From the NCBI GenBank assembly GCA_016748015.1, contig JAAOMT010000512.1, forward strand, positions 1,684,893 through 1,748,892: a stretch of DNA of 64,000 nt. Direction: 5' to 3'. Position 1 is the stretch's first letter. Every line of letters starts with the position of its first letter. The notes beneath the pieces were generated by a model. That model was not told the origin of the DNA and made no database searches. It saw only the letters and a list, made by a program, of their open reading frames with translations. Shown here in pieces: positions 26,992-38,100 of the stretch. The position numbers were made by a program, and so were the translations under genes. Source of the DNA: Geosiphon pyriformis uo1. Lineage: Eukaryota; Fungi; Glomeromycota.

Positions 26992-28965
26992 ATGATCATA
27001 ATTAAAACAAAGAGTAAAAAAGCTATACCTAATATTTTTTCTAAGATATTTAATAAAATTTCAATTAAGAAAGTTTTTTTTGTTGTAAAAACAGTTAAAC
27101 AAAACGTTTTAGAAGCTTTTTTCTTAAATAATAATAGTAAAAAGCTGTTTTTAGTAACTGTTAAAACATTTTTTTCATTTTTGGTTGGTTTTTTACCAGT
27201 CAAAATTCTCTTAAAAAAACATACTTGGATTAGTTCTAGTATTGTCTTTACTTTTATTAAGAACCCAAAGTTTTTAATAATAAGCCAGTTAACAAGTTGG
27301 TTTTTTTAATTATTGCTATTATATTTGGTACTACTAATACTATTTCTATAAAAATAACCAAAAAAACCAAAAATTCCAAGAAGCAAAAGCAGTTGTTTGC
27401 TTTTGCTATTGTTACATTAAACTTTTTTGTGATTTTAGATAAAATTTTAAATAAAATCTCTATTATATTATTTAGTATATTATCTAAGATAAGTCAAGAT
27501 TAATCACTGATTATATTATCAAATATAGTATCTTTTGGCAAATTTTTACTAGTTTTAAAAACAAAACAACAGTCTTTTGTTAGATTATTTGTTCTTAAAA
27601 ACAGAACTAATAAAATAGAAACTGATTTATTATTTTTTTTTGGTTTTTAATATTATACTGATAATACTTGAAAAATTATTCTAATTATCAAAAATTTATT
27701 AAATAGATAGTTTCTATTTTGATGTTTAATACAATTTTTAAGATTAAATTGGCTTATGTTAAGACTGTTTTTCAGTTTGTACATGGTTTTTTAAGTACAA
27801 AATTAGTATCAAAAGACAATATAAAGCTTTTTTATATGGAATTTGCTTTTCAAAATCTTTAAAAACTGTTTTTTTGGTTGAGCTTATAAGCTTTGTTTAT
27901 CTGGTTACTCTTAAATTGCCAAATTTTTGGTGGTTTTTGAAACTGGTTCTTTTTTTATTACTATTATACTATATAATATGCTTTTAAATATATCTGTTGC
28001 TAATATTAAAACAACACTTAGTGAGTTTAATAAGATTACTTGTGTTATGCTGAAGCCTGTTAGTGTTTAATAATATGTTGTTGTTTATTTTAAAGAGTTA
28101 AATACTGTTGTGTTTGCTTTAAATTATTAGTTAATATTAATAAATAAGAATAATAATAGAATTTTCTTTTTAGTAAATTAAAATAAAACTATTTTGTCTT
28201 GTAATAAATTTAAGACCAAGTTAGTTAACTTTTTTTCTGATTGTATTGTCTTTGAAATTAGTAATAAATCTTTTAAATTAATGATTAAATATGTTTTATT
28301 CTTCACTTTTCTGATTTTAATTATTGTTTCTAGTTTGTTTTGATTATATTTGAATTTCAAACCAATTTAAATGTTATAATAATTAAGACTAATAATCCAA
28401 AAAAGTGTCATATCTAATAGAAAACTTTTAGTTGTTAAAATTATTTTAAGTATTAAAAAATAGGTTATCTAATTGTAAACTATAAAGTGTTTTCATCTTT
28501 TTTTTTTAAGATTTTCAAAATATTTATATTTTATTTTATAAATGCTAAGTTTTATGTCAAAACTTCTGCTTTTTTAAGCTCTTTTGAATTTTTATCTTTA
28601 ATAATTCTTGTTTTTTCTTTTGTAATTGTTGATAATTTTTTGGTTTTCTTATGATTAATTATTTTAAAAGCTGATTTAACCAAATTGACTATATTAATTA
28701 AATATATTATTAAGCCTATTGGTTTTTTGGTTATTGTATTTAAATAATTCATTAAAAATAATCTTGTTTCAAGCAATGTTTTTAGTCTTAAAGTTAATAA
28801 GATTCTAGTACATATAAGTGTTTTTAGTAAAGTTGTTAATAAGTTAAAAGAGATAATAGTTGTATTAAAAGCTAAATATGGCTTTAAAAATATTGATATG
28901 ACTGATTTCTATGTAAATTTGTCTGTTGTTGAGAATAATATATTTTTTAATTTGTTGTTTTAAAA
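26992..28965 (+). pseudogene. Decayed ORF1 of a second, divergent LINE-like family (no ORF2 visible)
   Basis: N-terminus matches 62843-63469. RRM-like segment near 27975 (NMLLNISVANIKTTLSEFNKITCVMLKPVSV) aligns with the ORF1 motif EIPVG..EFGII..LVGLWQ. Knuckle remnant near 28460. Confidence 0.7.
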
Positions 28966-30029
28966 ACATAAGTCTGTTAGTATTAATATTTTTTATTATT
29001 ATGAATTTAATGAGTAAAGTCCAACTATTATTTAGTACATAAAATCAAATTAAGTAGATCAAACTAAATGGAGCTTACACACTTGCTACATATGGCCAGC
29101 CACTTGGGTTGGACAAGATTACACTACATGTTTATGCAAACATATATATTATCACCTAAACCAGAAAAAAAATGACACAATTTGCACCTGTTAAAATTAA
29201 CCATAAAAGATTTTAACACACCAAGCATACAAACCACTCTATCAGACAACAGAGACATTAAGCAGTGAGACAAGCCCAAAATTAAACCATCATCCTTGAC
29301 CAAGCCGGCTCTTTTTATATTCACTCTATGCTTAGACCTAAGAAGTTATATTTTAATATGATGCAGTTCTACCACAAACTTAACATAATTAACAAGAGCC
29401 AAAATAGCATTTCTTTTCTCTTCAAAGCTCAAAACAGCCTTAGCATGCCAATTGCATAAAACAAAATTTTTACAAATCACAGTATATAAGCCCATGTCTG
29501 AGAAACATGAGGAAAAAGAGTGCAAAATGGCCAATGTAAATAAGCAAAAAAGACTTATCAATAATACCCACTTTTTGGCAGCTTTAGTCAAAATGTCTCC
29601 ATGAAGACCAGTATTATTCAAGCATATAAAAGCATAATCAGACAACTTTACCTCATCACACAATAAGCACAATATCTCAGGATACCTTTTATTATACAAT
29701 CTTTTCCTAATTATTATAGATAACTGTCTATGTACTGCTTTTATCAAATACATCTACAAATTAACTGACTTTCGATTAGTAAAACCAGAGAGCATATACA
29801 AATCCAGATGCCAAACCCTTGTAGTAGTATTTCAATCTATATTCTCAATCATAATACTTGAAATCATATTACAACCAGAACCAGTCTCCTAATGAGCATG
29901 GCAAATTGACTAGTATATGTTATAAACAAAATAACAAGTATTACCAGACACAGTAGTATTCTCAACTACCAAAAATTGTTTCTGAATTTCAACTGGCAAA
30001 GAAAAAAAAGAGAAAGTGGCTTTACCTAC

Positions 30030-30914
30030 TGTTACAGATGATTATTTGGGGTCTTAAATCAAATAACAAACTCATAATTTGGTATTTAATAACTGATATG
30101 ATTGCTAATATCTGAAAATTGTAGTGATCTGAAAGTTTTGGTTGAGTTTTTTGTATAATAAATAGAGATTCAAGTGTTGTAATTCATAACTTTCTAGAAT
30201 TACAATTCCATCAAATTTTTTTCTCAGTGTGATGATTATAAATTAGCCAATTAAAATAGAAAAAGAGAAAAAAAGGATTTTTCAGGAAATCCAGGATTAT
30301 TCAGGAAATCTAAGATATTTCAGAAAAGTTGAGGATTTTTCAGGAAATCTAGCAAAAAAAAAGGATTTCTTGTGTAAAGAGAATTATGTATATATAGTGA
30401 TAGCATTAGAAGGAAGAAAAGTATCTATTTCAGAATAAAAACCTCCATTCCTATCTATTCATTAATCACTTCAAGGATAATTATTATCAACAAAAGTGAA
30501 AGCATTAATTATCAAATAAAAATACACTTGTTATCATCCAACTGATGTTATTGTCATTTGTTTGAAAATCTAATCCCTCTTCAATTTATCAACACTTTAT
30601 GTTGATAAAATCCAACACTTAACTATACTGAAACAATAGCTCTTGATCACGGCTATTGATGGAATACTAACTTAATTGCCTTGGCTTAATTTTTTCATTT
30701 TCTTTTATTTTTTTTCTTTTCTTTTGTTTGTTTCTTGTTGTTTACTAATTGATTAAGAATTAATGTGCAGAGTTATCAATGTCAAAGTAACTGGTAAAAG
30801 ATCCAGAAATAAGGGTAGAACATTCGATTGAAAATAGCTTACCAGAAAGATTACCAGCCATGTATTTTTCTCTTTTTCGATTATGTATTATTTTTCTCTT
30901 TTCTAAGTGTAACA
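30030..30914 (-). repeat. 3' LTR of virus-carrying element, with internal inversion 30235-30858
   Basis: Both ends match 34196-35137 directly; the middle matches 34401-35081 as the reverse complement. TGTTACA...TGTAACA termini. Confidence 0.92.
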
Positions 30915-30931
30915 TTATCTCCTCCTTTTTA
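30915..30931 (-). promoter_or_regulatory. Polypurine tract
   Basis: Minus strand reads (GGAGCTCAATATT)AAAAAGGAGGAGATAA directly before the 3' LTR; near-identical to 59941-59970. Confidence 0.88.
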
Positions 30932-30959
30932 ATATTGAGCTCCGTCGAAATCTCCTAAA

Positions 30960-31290
30960 TTTCTCTTTTGTATCAATGTTGTTGCTGTAATTTCTATTGC
31001 TATTTTTAAATCTAATTTTTATACGTGACTGGGGTTTTTAACTATAGTGCATGTTCAGACATAATGCCCTCATTATTATCACTGAATTGAATTAATTCCT
31101 GCTCCATTGTAAGATCTAGAAGCGTGATATCTTGTTCGGTGTTCGAAGCGGAGTTTGAATTGTTGTTGGCGGAGTTTAAATCGTCGTTGTCATCAGCGGA
31201 GTTTGAATCGGGATTAAGTTCTGATTCCGATTCCCATTTGTTCTCGCTGATTGGCTCTTCTTCGAATATATGACGCATGGGAGTGGATTG
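30960..31290 (-). pseudogene. Residual Gypsy pol fragment (pre-dUTPase acidic linker + dUTPase N-terminus)
   Basis: EEEPISENKWESESELNPDSNS..ITLLDLTMEQEL..DNNEGIMSEH and DLKIAIEITATTLIQ align with 45490-45870 of Gypsy-1. Confidence 0.82.
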
Positions 31291-31487
31291 TGACTACGTC
31301 CCAATATTCTGACTCAGGGCCGTCAGGTGAGTTTTGCTGATTTATTGGTACTGTGGGAATTAGGTTTTATTGGGCTATCGGAGGTAAGTTTCCTTGTATG
31401 ATAGCGGGGTTTGGAATTTATCGGACTTCGAATGTTCGGGTTTTTGAATAATTCCCGGAGTTTGAATTGCTAGAGGTTTAACGAGTT

Positions 31488-31910
31488 TTATCGACGGTAA
31501 GTTTCTTTGTACGATAGCGGGGTTGGAATTATCGGGTTTCGAATGTTTGGGTTTTCTGAAACATATTTATCGAATAATTGATCAATAATTTGGAAGAGTT
31601 CCTTATGATGTACTGACATTAATTTATAAGCAGCAAATTTTTGAATAAAGTCTGTTTCGGTTGGTTTACTTTTTTTGAATTTATCAAATTTTTGAACGAC
31701 TTTATTATAATTATGACGGATACCATATTTAAATGAGGAACCGAAATGAGAACTAAGAATTTTTGATTCTTCCTCATTTAGGGGAAAAATAGATTTAGAA
31801 AGAAATTCACAATCATAGATTGTTCCCTCACTTTCTATTTTAAGGAATGAGGTGCCATTATATTTTAACTCAGTTAATTTAACTATATCGTATATTGTGT
31901 TTTGTTTCAT
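31488..31910 (-). pseudogene. Frameshifted C-terminal continuation of the viral RdRp (motif E and thumb region)
   Basis: Overlaps the end of the 458-aa ORF in another frame. LKIESEG..CEFLSK lies at the expected distance after GDD, then YGIRHNYNK and AYKLMSVHHKELF. Confidence 0.8.
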
Positions 31911-33255
31911 CCAGGGTCATATAGGAATTTGTTCTACAACCTAGGATATTATCATCCCCATAATTTGATAAGTCATAAATTTCAAAAAATTTATCATAAG
32001 ACAAACCGGTAGATTCATGAAATAGGTGGCTTAATATTATTCCAAGAGCTAAACAATTAGTCTGACTAGTTGAGACGCAGCCAGTAGCATTACCTCGCAA
32101 TTTTTCAAGTATCTCACTAGTTGAACCATTAAACATTGGATCGGAATAGTTCTGCTTGTAAGATAATCGAATTAGATTTGAAATGTTTTCATACTGTGTA
32201 TGATTCCTGTAACCCCACTCCCTTAATTCAGCAATTGAATCCATTACTTGCTTGTTAAAGGTTGAGTCAAAAGCACTCATATCCAGGCCAAAAACATACT
32301 GGTAATTAAGATAACGTTTGAATAATGGTAAAAGTCCGAAACCAGTGAGCGGACGCCCAACTTGTGCTGGGGTGTTGTTATATGTGAACCGATGATCAGG
32401 CTCATAAGCAAAAAGTTGTTGTGTGAAGTAAGTAAAAAAAGGAGCTCCTACTATTGATCTCAACTTTTTGAATTTTTCCCCAAACAAATACTCCATTTTT
32501 GGAAAAGTGTGTGGTACTGCGGCAATTTTATTTAGGTTCGATAGCAAGTACTTTGTGAAAGATGTTATTTCAGAACGAGGTATTTTGTTGAACATTGCCC
32601 TCCTCTTTTGGAACCTATTGTTTTTAATAGATCCGAACCCAGCAGAGAAACCAAGCTTCCACTTTCTAAAAAACTTCTTGGGATGTGTTAATCTGGAATT
32701 ATCTAACATCGGAGCATAAACCCTTGACATTGTATCAAGCATAGCACTTGAATCATAGTCTTCAAACTCAAACTCAGGTTGGCCATATCTTGAATTTGAT
32801 GTTAATAACCTCTCAGTTGTGAAATGATTTCCGGTCCACTCGGCACTGGGGGCATTGATATCTTTTAAGTTATTATTAATGACTAATTCATTATACTCAT
32901 CAGAAAGTTTTTTATACTCTTTTGATTGAATAATAGGGTATGACTGGTTCCCACAGGAGAACGTTGTGGTGTACAACCTATTAATTGAAGTTGATTGCAA
33001 CTTAAGTGGTAAGATTATATTTGGGTTATTTGAACTAAAAACATGTGTTGTGCGGTTAACCTCGATCTCACCCTGTTTACCAAATATTTTCTCCATTTCT
33101 CTCAATGTCCATTCTACCCGGTATTGCTGGTCGAACAAATCAGTTGGGATCTGTGGGAGGTCAAAATAATCATCATACTCACCAAGTTTGAATAAGAAAG
33201 GGAAAGGGGACTTGCTGGAAAAAAATTTTCCTTTTGGAAGTTTTTTATTAAACAA
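31879..33255 (-). CDS. Endogenous viral RNA-dependent RNA polymerase core (fusarivirus-like, Durnavirales)
   Basis: 458 open codons with ordered palm motifs: F (KLRSIVGAP), A (DMSAFDST, 32260-32283), B (GNATGCVSTSQTN, 32056-32094), C (NYGDDN, GDD 31951-31959). Upstream NSRLT..KW and downstream HRF...TP.QVG.PL.G blocks recall fusarivirus replicases. No RT YxDD context. Confidence 0.9.
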   Translation of the reverse strand: MFNKKLPKGKFFSSKSPFPFLFKLGEYDDYFDLPQIPTDLFDQQYRVEWTLREMEKIFGKQGEIEVNRTTHVFSSNNPNIILPLKLQSTSINRLYTTTFSCGNQSYPIIQSKEYKKLSDEYNELVINNNLKDINAPSAEWTGNHFTTERLLTSNSRYGQPEFEFEDYDSSAMLDTMSRVYAPMLDNSRLTHPKKFFRKWKLGFSAGFGSIKNNRFQKRRAMFNKIPRSEITSFTKYLLSNLNKIAAVPHTFPKMEYLFGEKFKKLRSIVGAPFFTYFTQQLFAYEPDHRFTYNNTPAQVGRPLTGFGLLPLFKRYLNYQYVFGLDMSAFDSTFNKQVMDSIAELREWGYRNHTQYENISNLIRLSYKQNYSDPMFNGSTSEILEKLRGNATGCVSTSQTNCLALGIILSHLFHESTGLSYDKFFEIYDLSNYGDDNILGCRTNSYMTLDETKHNIRYS

Positions 33256-34106
33256 ATAAAAATTTTTTTAAAAATGTACTTTTGTTTAGGCGATAGGAAA
33301 ATAAACCAATAATAATAAAGAGATAAATAGAATAAAAATTGGAAAAAAGTTATTACACAGATCAAGTGGTAATTATATCTGATATTAAATTTATATAATT
33401 GGATTTGGTAATAATTAGTTATTAAATACATATATATACCTTTACCGATAATAATAATATATACAATTAATAATCTAGAATTAAAGAACCTTATATATCT
33501 ATGTATTAATGCAAATATGGCAAATAAACAATATAATTGGAAATCTAATTTAATTTTGTATAGATACCAATATTGTTTTCTTTCTCAATAAGTATTATAA
33601 ATTAATGTTGGTAGGTACAATGAAAGTAATAGTGATAATATTAAGAGGTTTTTAACCAATAATATACTGATTAATTGAATAAGACTGGATATTAAGTATA
33701 ATAATAATTTAATTATTAAAAAGAAAAAAGTAAATAATAGGCCTAATATGTAATTAATGATTCTTTTAAAATGTGAAATAAAATTTGTATTAAGGTAAAT
33801 TAATAAGAAACTAAATAAAATAAGGTACTCAAGTAATAATAAAGAGAATTTTTTTGCACAAAAGACACAAAATAATATTTAGTGAAAATTCTGTAAGTAT
33901 GTTAAATTACTTAAAGAACCTGGGTTTTTTTTTACATTACCAAACAAAATTAATTTCTGGTTTTAATAATCTGATCACAAGTTTTTTGTAATCTCTAATT
34001 AAATAGTTCTTGGGAAAATTAGAGAAAAAATTGAGGTAAAAAGATATAAAGACTTTAAAAATGTGATTGAATAATTAAACAAATTGGTTGAGAGTGGTAA
34101 ATTCAT
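33256..34106 (-). pseudogene. Hydrophobic multi-TM N-terminal part of the viral replicase ORF
   Basis: Manual translation from ATG 34106 stays in frame with ORF 33114-33431 for about 280 codons with only 5 stops despite very high AT (FSLLLLEYLILFSFLLIYL..ILGLLFTFFFLIIKLLLYLISSLIQLISILLV..). A frameshift in an A/T run near 33260 joins it to the RdRp frame. Confidence 0.7.
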
Positions 34107-34175
34107 AATATTATGACATATATCTAGATGGTTGCTAACATAATTGTTGTTGGTACTGGTTCTTTATAGAATTAT

Positions 34176-34193
34176 ACCTTACAAAAAGCACTA
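34176..34193 (-). promoter_or_regulatory. Decayed primer-binding site
   Basis: Minus strand reads tt-TAGTGCTTTTTGTAAG right after the 5' LTR, matching tt-TGGTGCTTTTTGTAAG at 40785. Confidence 0.8.
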
Positions 34194-34195
34194 AA

Positions 34196-35137
34196 TATTA
34201 CAAGTAATTATTTGAGGTCTTGAATCAAATAACAAATCTGTAACTTGGTACTTAATAATTGATATAATTGGTAATATCTAAAGATTGTAGTAATCTAAAA
34301 GTTTTGGTTGAGTTTTTTGTATAATGGATAGAGATTTAAGTGTTGTAATTCATAGCTTCTCAGAATTGCAATTCTGTCAAATTTTTTTCTCAGTGTGATG
34401 GCCAGTAATCTTCCTGGTAAGCTATCCTTAATTAAGTGTTCTACTCTTATTTCTGGGTCTTTTACCAGTCACTTTAATGTCAATAACTCCATACATTAAT
34501 TTTTAATCAATTAGTAAACAACAAGAAACAAACAAAAGAAAAGAAAAGAAATAAAAGAAAATAAAGAAATTAAGCCAAGATAATTAAGTTAGTATTCTGT
34601 CAATAACTGTAATCAAGAACTATTGTTTCAGTATGATTAAGTGTTGGATTTTATCAACATAAAATGTTGATAAATTAAAGAGTAATTAGATTTTCAAACA
34701 AATGACAATAACATTAATTAGATAATAACAAGTGTATTTTTATTTAATAATTAATGCTTTTACTTCTGTTAATAGTAATTATTCTTGAAATAATTAATAA
34801 ATAGATAAGAATAGAGATTTTTATCCTAGAATAGATGCTTTTTTTGCTTCTAATACTATCACTATATATACATAATTTTCTTTACATGAAAAATTTTTTT
34901 TCTTTGCTAGATTTCTTGCAAATTCCTTGATTTCTTGAAACATCTAGGATTTTCTGAAAAATCTTCAACTTTTTTAAAATATTTTAGATTTCCTAAATAA
35001 TTCTGGATTTCTTAAAACATTTAGGATTTCTTGAAAAATCTTTTTTTTCTCTTCTTTTATTCTAATCAGCTAATTTATAATTATGTATTTTTTTCTTTTT
35101 CAATTATGTATTATTTTTTTCTTTTCTAAGTATAACA
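34196..35137 (-). repeat. 5' LTR of virus-carrying element (native orientation)
   Basis: Block order (short repeats, TATATATAG, CTGGTAAAAGACCCAGAAATAAG, end) equals that of LTR 39865-40784; followed by the PBS. Confidence 0.92.
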
Positions 35138-38100
35138 CTACCATTATATTAGCCTTAATATTGTTTGACACCCCTGAATGTCCTTTAACTTTCACTTATT
35201 TCACCAAAATGTTTTTATTTCTAAGAAGATTGACTATATGCAATTGTTCAATCCAACAATAATTACAGAAGTCAGACACAACCAATGAAGTATCAGACAC
35301 ACAAGCATTAATAGCAGATTGACTGTCTAAGTAAAAAACCACAGAACACAAAGATGAAACACACTCCAAAGCCAAGGCAACAGCTTGCAACTCAGCCATA
35401 ATGGAAGACAGAAGCCTATTTACTATCACTCCAATACTCTTTTCTATCACTAAAAAGTAAGCAGCCACCCCACTTACTACTTTAGCCAACCTAGCATCCT
35501 TCAAAAACCCATTAGTATAAATTTCTATAAAATCAGACAAATCTCTAACAAACTATTATGCACATCAAAAAACACCTCAGACTTTAAAACATCCACTACA
35601 GACAATCTAAGAACTACAGCAGATCTGACTTCTAAAGAAACATCTCTACTTAAAAACTTAAATATCAACACAAACCAACAAGATGCAAGGCCTCTTGAAT
35701 CCAATTTCTTCTACTATTGAAATGTCTTTTAGTTTATCATCTTCTCTTTTTTGTCCAAGAGTTTGTCACCAAAAACAATATCAAACTACTTTAAAGACAA
35801 AACCAAATTATAGTACAAGAGCTATTCTAAGATATAAAACATTGAAAATCTACTAGACCCATAAAAAGCATTAGGTAAATTATTTGCCAAAGACAATTCA
35901 TTTTTCAAAAAAATTTTCCCCACTCCAGCCAAAAAATTGTTCACTGGGCTAATATGTAGCCTAATAGAAAATTGCAAAGAATTTAGAGAGAACCACCTTA
36001 GAACTTGCAAATCCAAAAACCTATGCTCAAATAAACGACCTAAAACACCATAGACATTGGAAAAAAAAATCAAAGCAGCCAGCTTTCTTTCAAACTGCAC
36101 TTATTCAAAAGGTTTCAAACCATATAAAGATAGATAATATAAAATCTTATTGGAAAAGTCACATAGTAAACTGGTCTTGGTTCTAAGATCTCTTCTGACT
36201 ATTACATCCCATTTGTGACACATATCTGAAGAAACAAAACTAAACTAAGTTTTGTAGCTGACAATTGGCTGTAAGACAGTCAAAACCAAGTATGAAAATT
36301 GTTTATCCATAATAGCCTTTTTTAACACAACATTAAAAAAAATCTGACATCCACATAAGCTTAAGCCAAGCTAAGCTTAGAAAAGCCTTCAGTAGACAAA
36401 AAAATGCCCAAGTATCTGTGCACCTCACCTCTTTTAGCAACCAAAATTGGCGAATCATTAATCAACAGAAAAGCAAACTTAATACTTTGATTGATTGGAA
36501 TGACTACTGTCTTATTATTATTGATTAAAATGTTATTGATTTTAAAGAACTCACTAACAATATTCAAAATATACTGTGTAAAAATTTGACAACTTCTAAC
36601 CCATATTGTATTATTAACAAAAACATTAGCAGCCAAAAAAAAAGTTTTCTCTTTAATAGCTTTAACTCTGCCAGACTTTGTCACAAATCTAGTATCAATT
36701 TTGTATCTGTACAAGTGTTTATGTCTTTTTATCTCATACAAAAGTGGATTATAGAAGATTCTCCAAAAAAGTGAAGAAAAAACCTCATCCTGATCTAAAT
36801 TATTATGTACTCTATAATCATTTGAAAGACCAAAATCTGTTATTACTCTATTAACCCAATTTTCATGAATGTTGTTAAAAAACTTGATAAACTGACTACA
36901 CATTTTGATGCAAAGCAAGTTAGCCTTTAAATGATGCCAGCTCATTGAGTCATAAGCTTTGTATATGTTTTGAAGCACTAACCAAAGCTTTTTATTTTTT
37001 TTTAGAGCATCTTTAATAACCAATCCAATAACAAAGATAGGAGATTGAGTTGAAATATCTTTCAACACTAAAAAATTATCACTGCAAAGAACATTAAATT
37101 TGCTGCAAGCCAATGAAATCTGATTAAAAAAAATTTTAGACAAAATTTTCTGAACTGTATCAACTAATATGATAGATCTAATATTTATCAAAATGCTATT
37201 CCAATCATAAAGTTTTGGGATCATCAAAGCTTATACTCTTTTCCAAAGAGTTAGAATCTTATCCAAAGTCAAACACAAATTCAACAGCTTCAAAAGATAA
37301 GCCAACATCCTATTACCACAATGTTTCCAAAGTTTGTTGAGTATTTCTGACAATTTAGCAGCTTTATTATTTAGCAGACTATTAACAACTAAAGACAATT
37401 CTCCCATATCAATTTCTTTTATCATGCCAGAGAAAGTGGTATTATCCATATAATCCAGAGGCATATACTGACAAGACCAAAGATCAAGCATCTTTGGAAG
37501 CACCAAATATTTTCTTGTTCACTCTTTCATGATCTTATCAACTTTGAGTTTCACTTCATCAGGATCTATCACCAGCTTATTATCTACTACCAAATAGTCC
37601 AACACAACTTTATGAAATAGATGTTTCAGAATGCTTTTTATCATATGCTCTTTGTTAGAACTGAAATTTTCCATATGATGATTGATAGCCTTCCTAATGG
37701 CTGTATTTTCAGCAACTTTTAATTCATAATATTTAGACCTTTAATACACTTTTTGTACTAACAACAGATGCCTAATTAAATTCATTAAACTTGCATCATC
37801 TGAAATCATGACAATAAACTTGAATGCCTCTATCTCATTAATAGATGACCAAACTTTAACAAGACAGTCAAAATTTAGAAAATTTTCAGAATTTCAACTC
37901 TTTACAATCTTTGCAATGAGCCACTCTAATTTAAAAAATTTTGAAGATTGTTTATTCCTCAAACAATCATATTTACTATACCAAATCTTAAAAAACACTG
38001 CATCAGCAGCTTGTACTACAGTCTTTTCTAATATTTTCCATATTGTATCTAAGTTTATATTGTTCTTTGCTTTTTCAAACATATTTGATCTAACCAACAA

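Larger units (their letters stand above)
30030..35137 (-). mobile_element. Non-autonomous Ty3/Gypsy-derived LTR element carrying an RNA-virus replicase gene
   Basis: Two LTRs, 4-bp TSD CTAC (30026-30029 / 35138-35141). PBS/leader and PPT regions are homologous to those of the Gypsy element at 39865-60865. Confidence 0.93.

Noticed and set aside
31879-33255. Reverse transcriptase, cellular RNAi RdRP or mitovirus RdRp
   Set aside because: It has viral palm motifs DxxxFD / GxxTGxxxTxxxN / GDD, not YxDD or DLDGD. It reads in the standard code, and the flanking blocks fit fusari-like rather than mitovirus RdRps.
30235-35081. DNA transposon with long terminal inverted repeats
   Set aside because: The inverted segments are internal parts of LTRs whose ends, PBS, PPT and TSD define an LTR element; there is no transposase.
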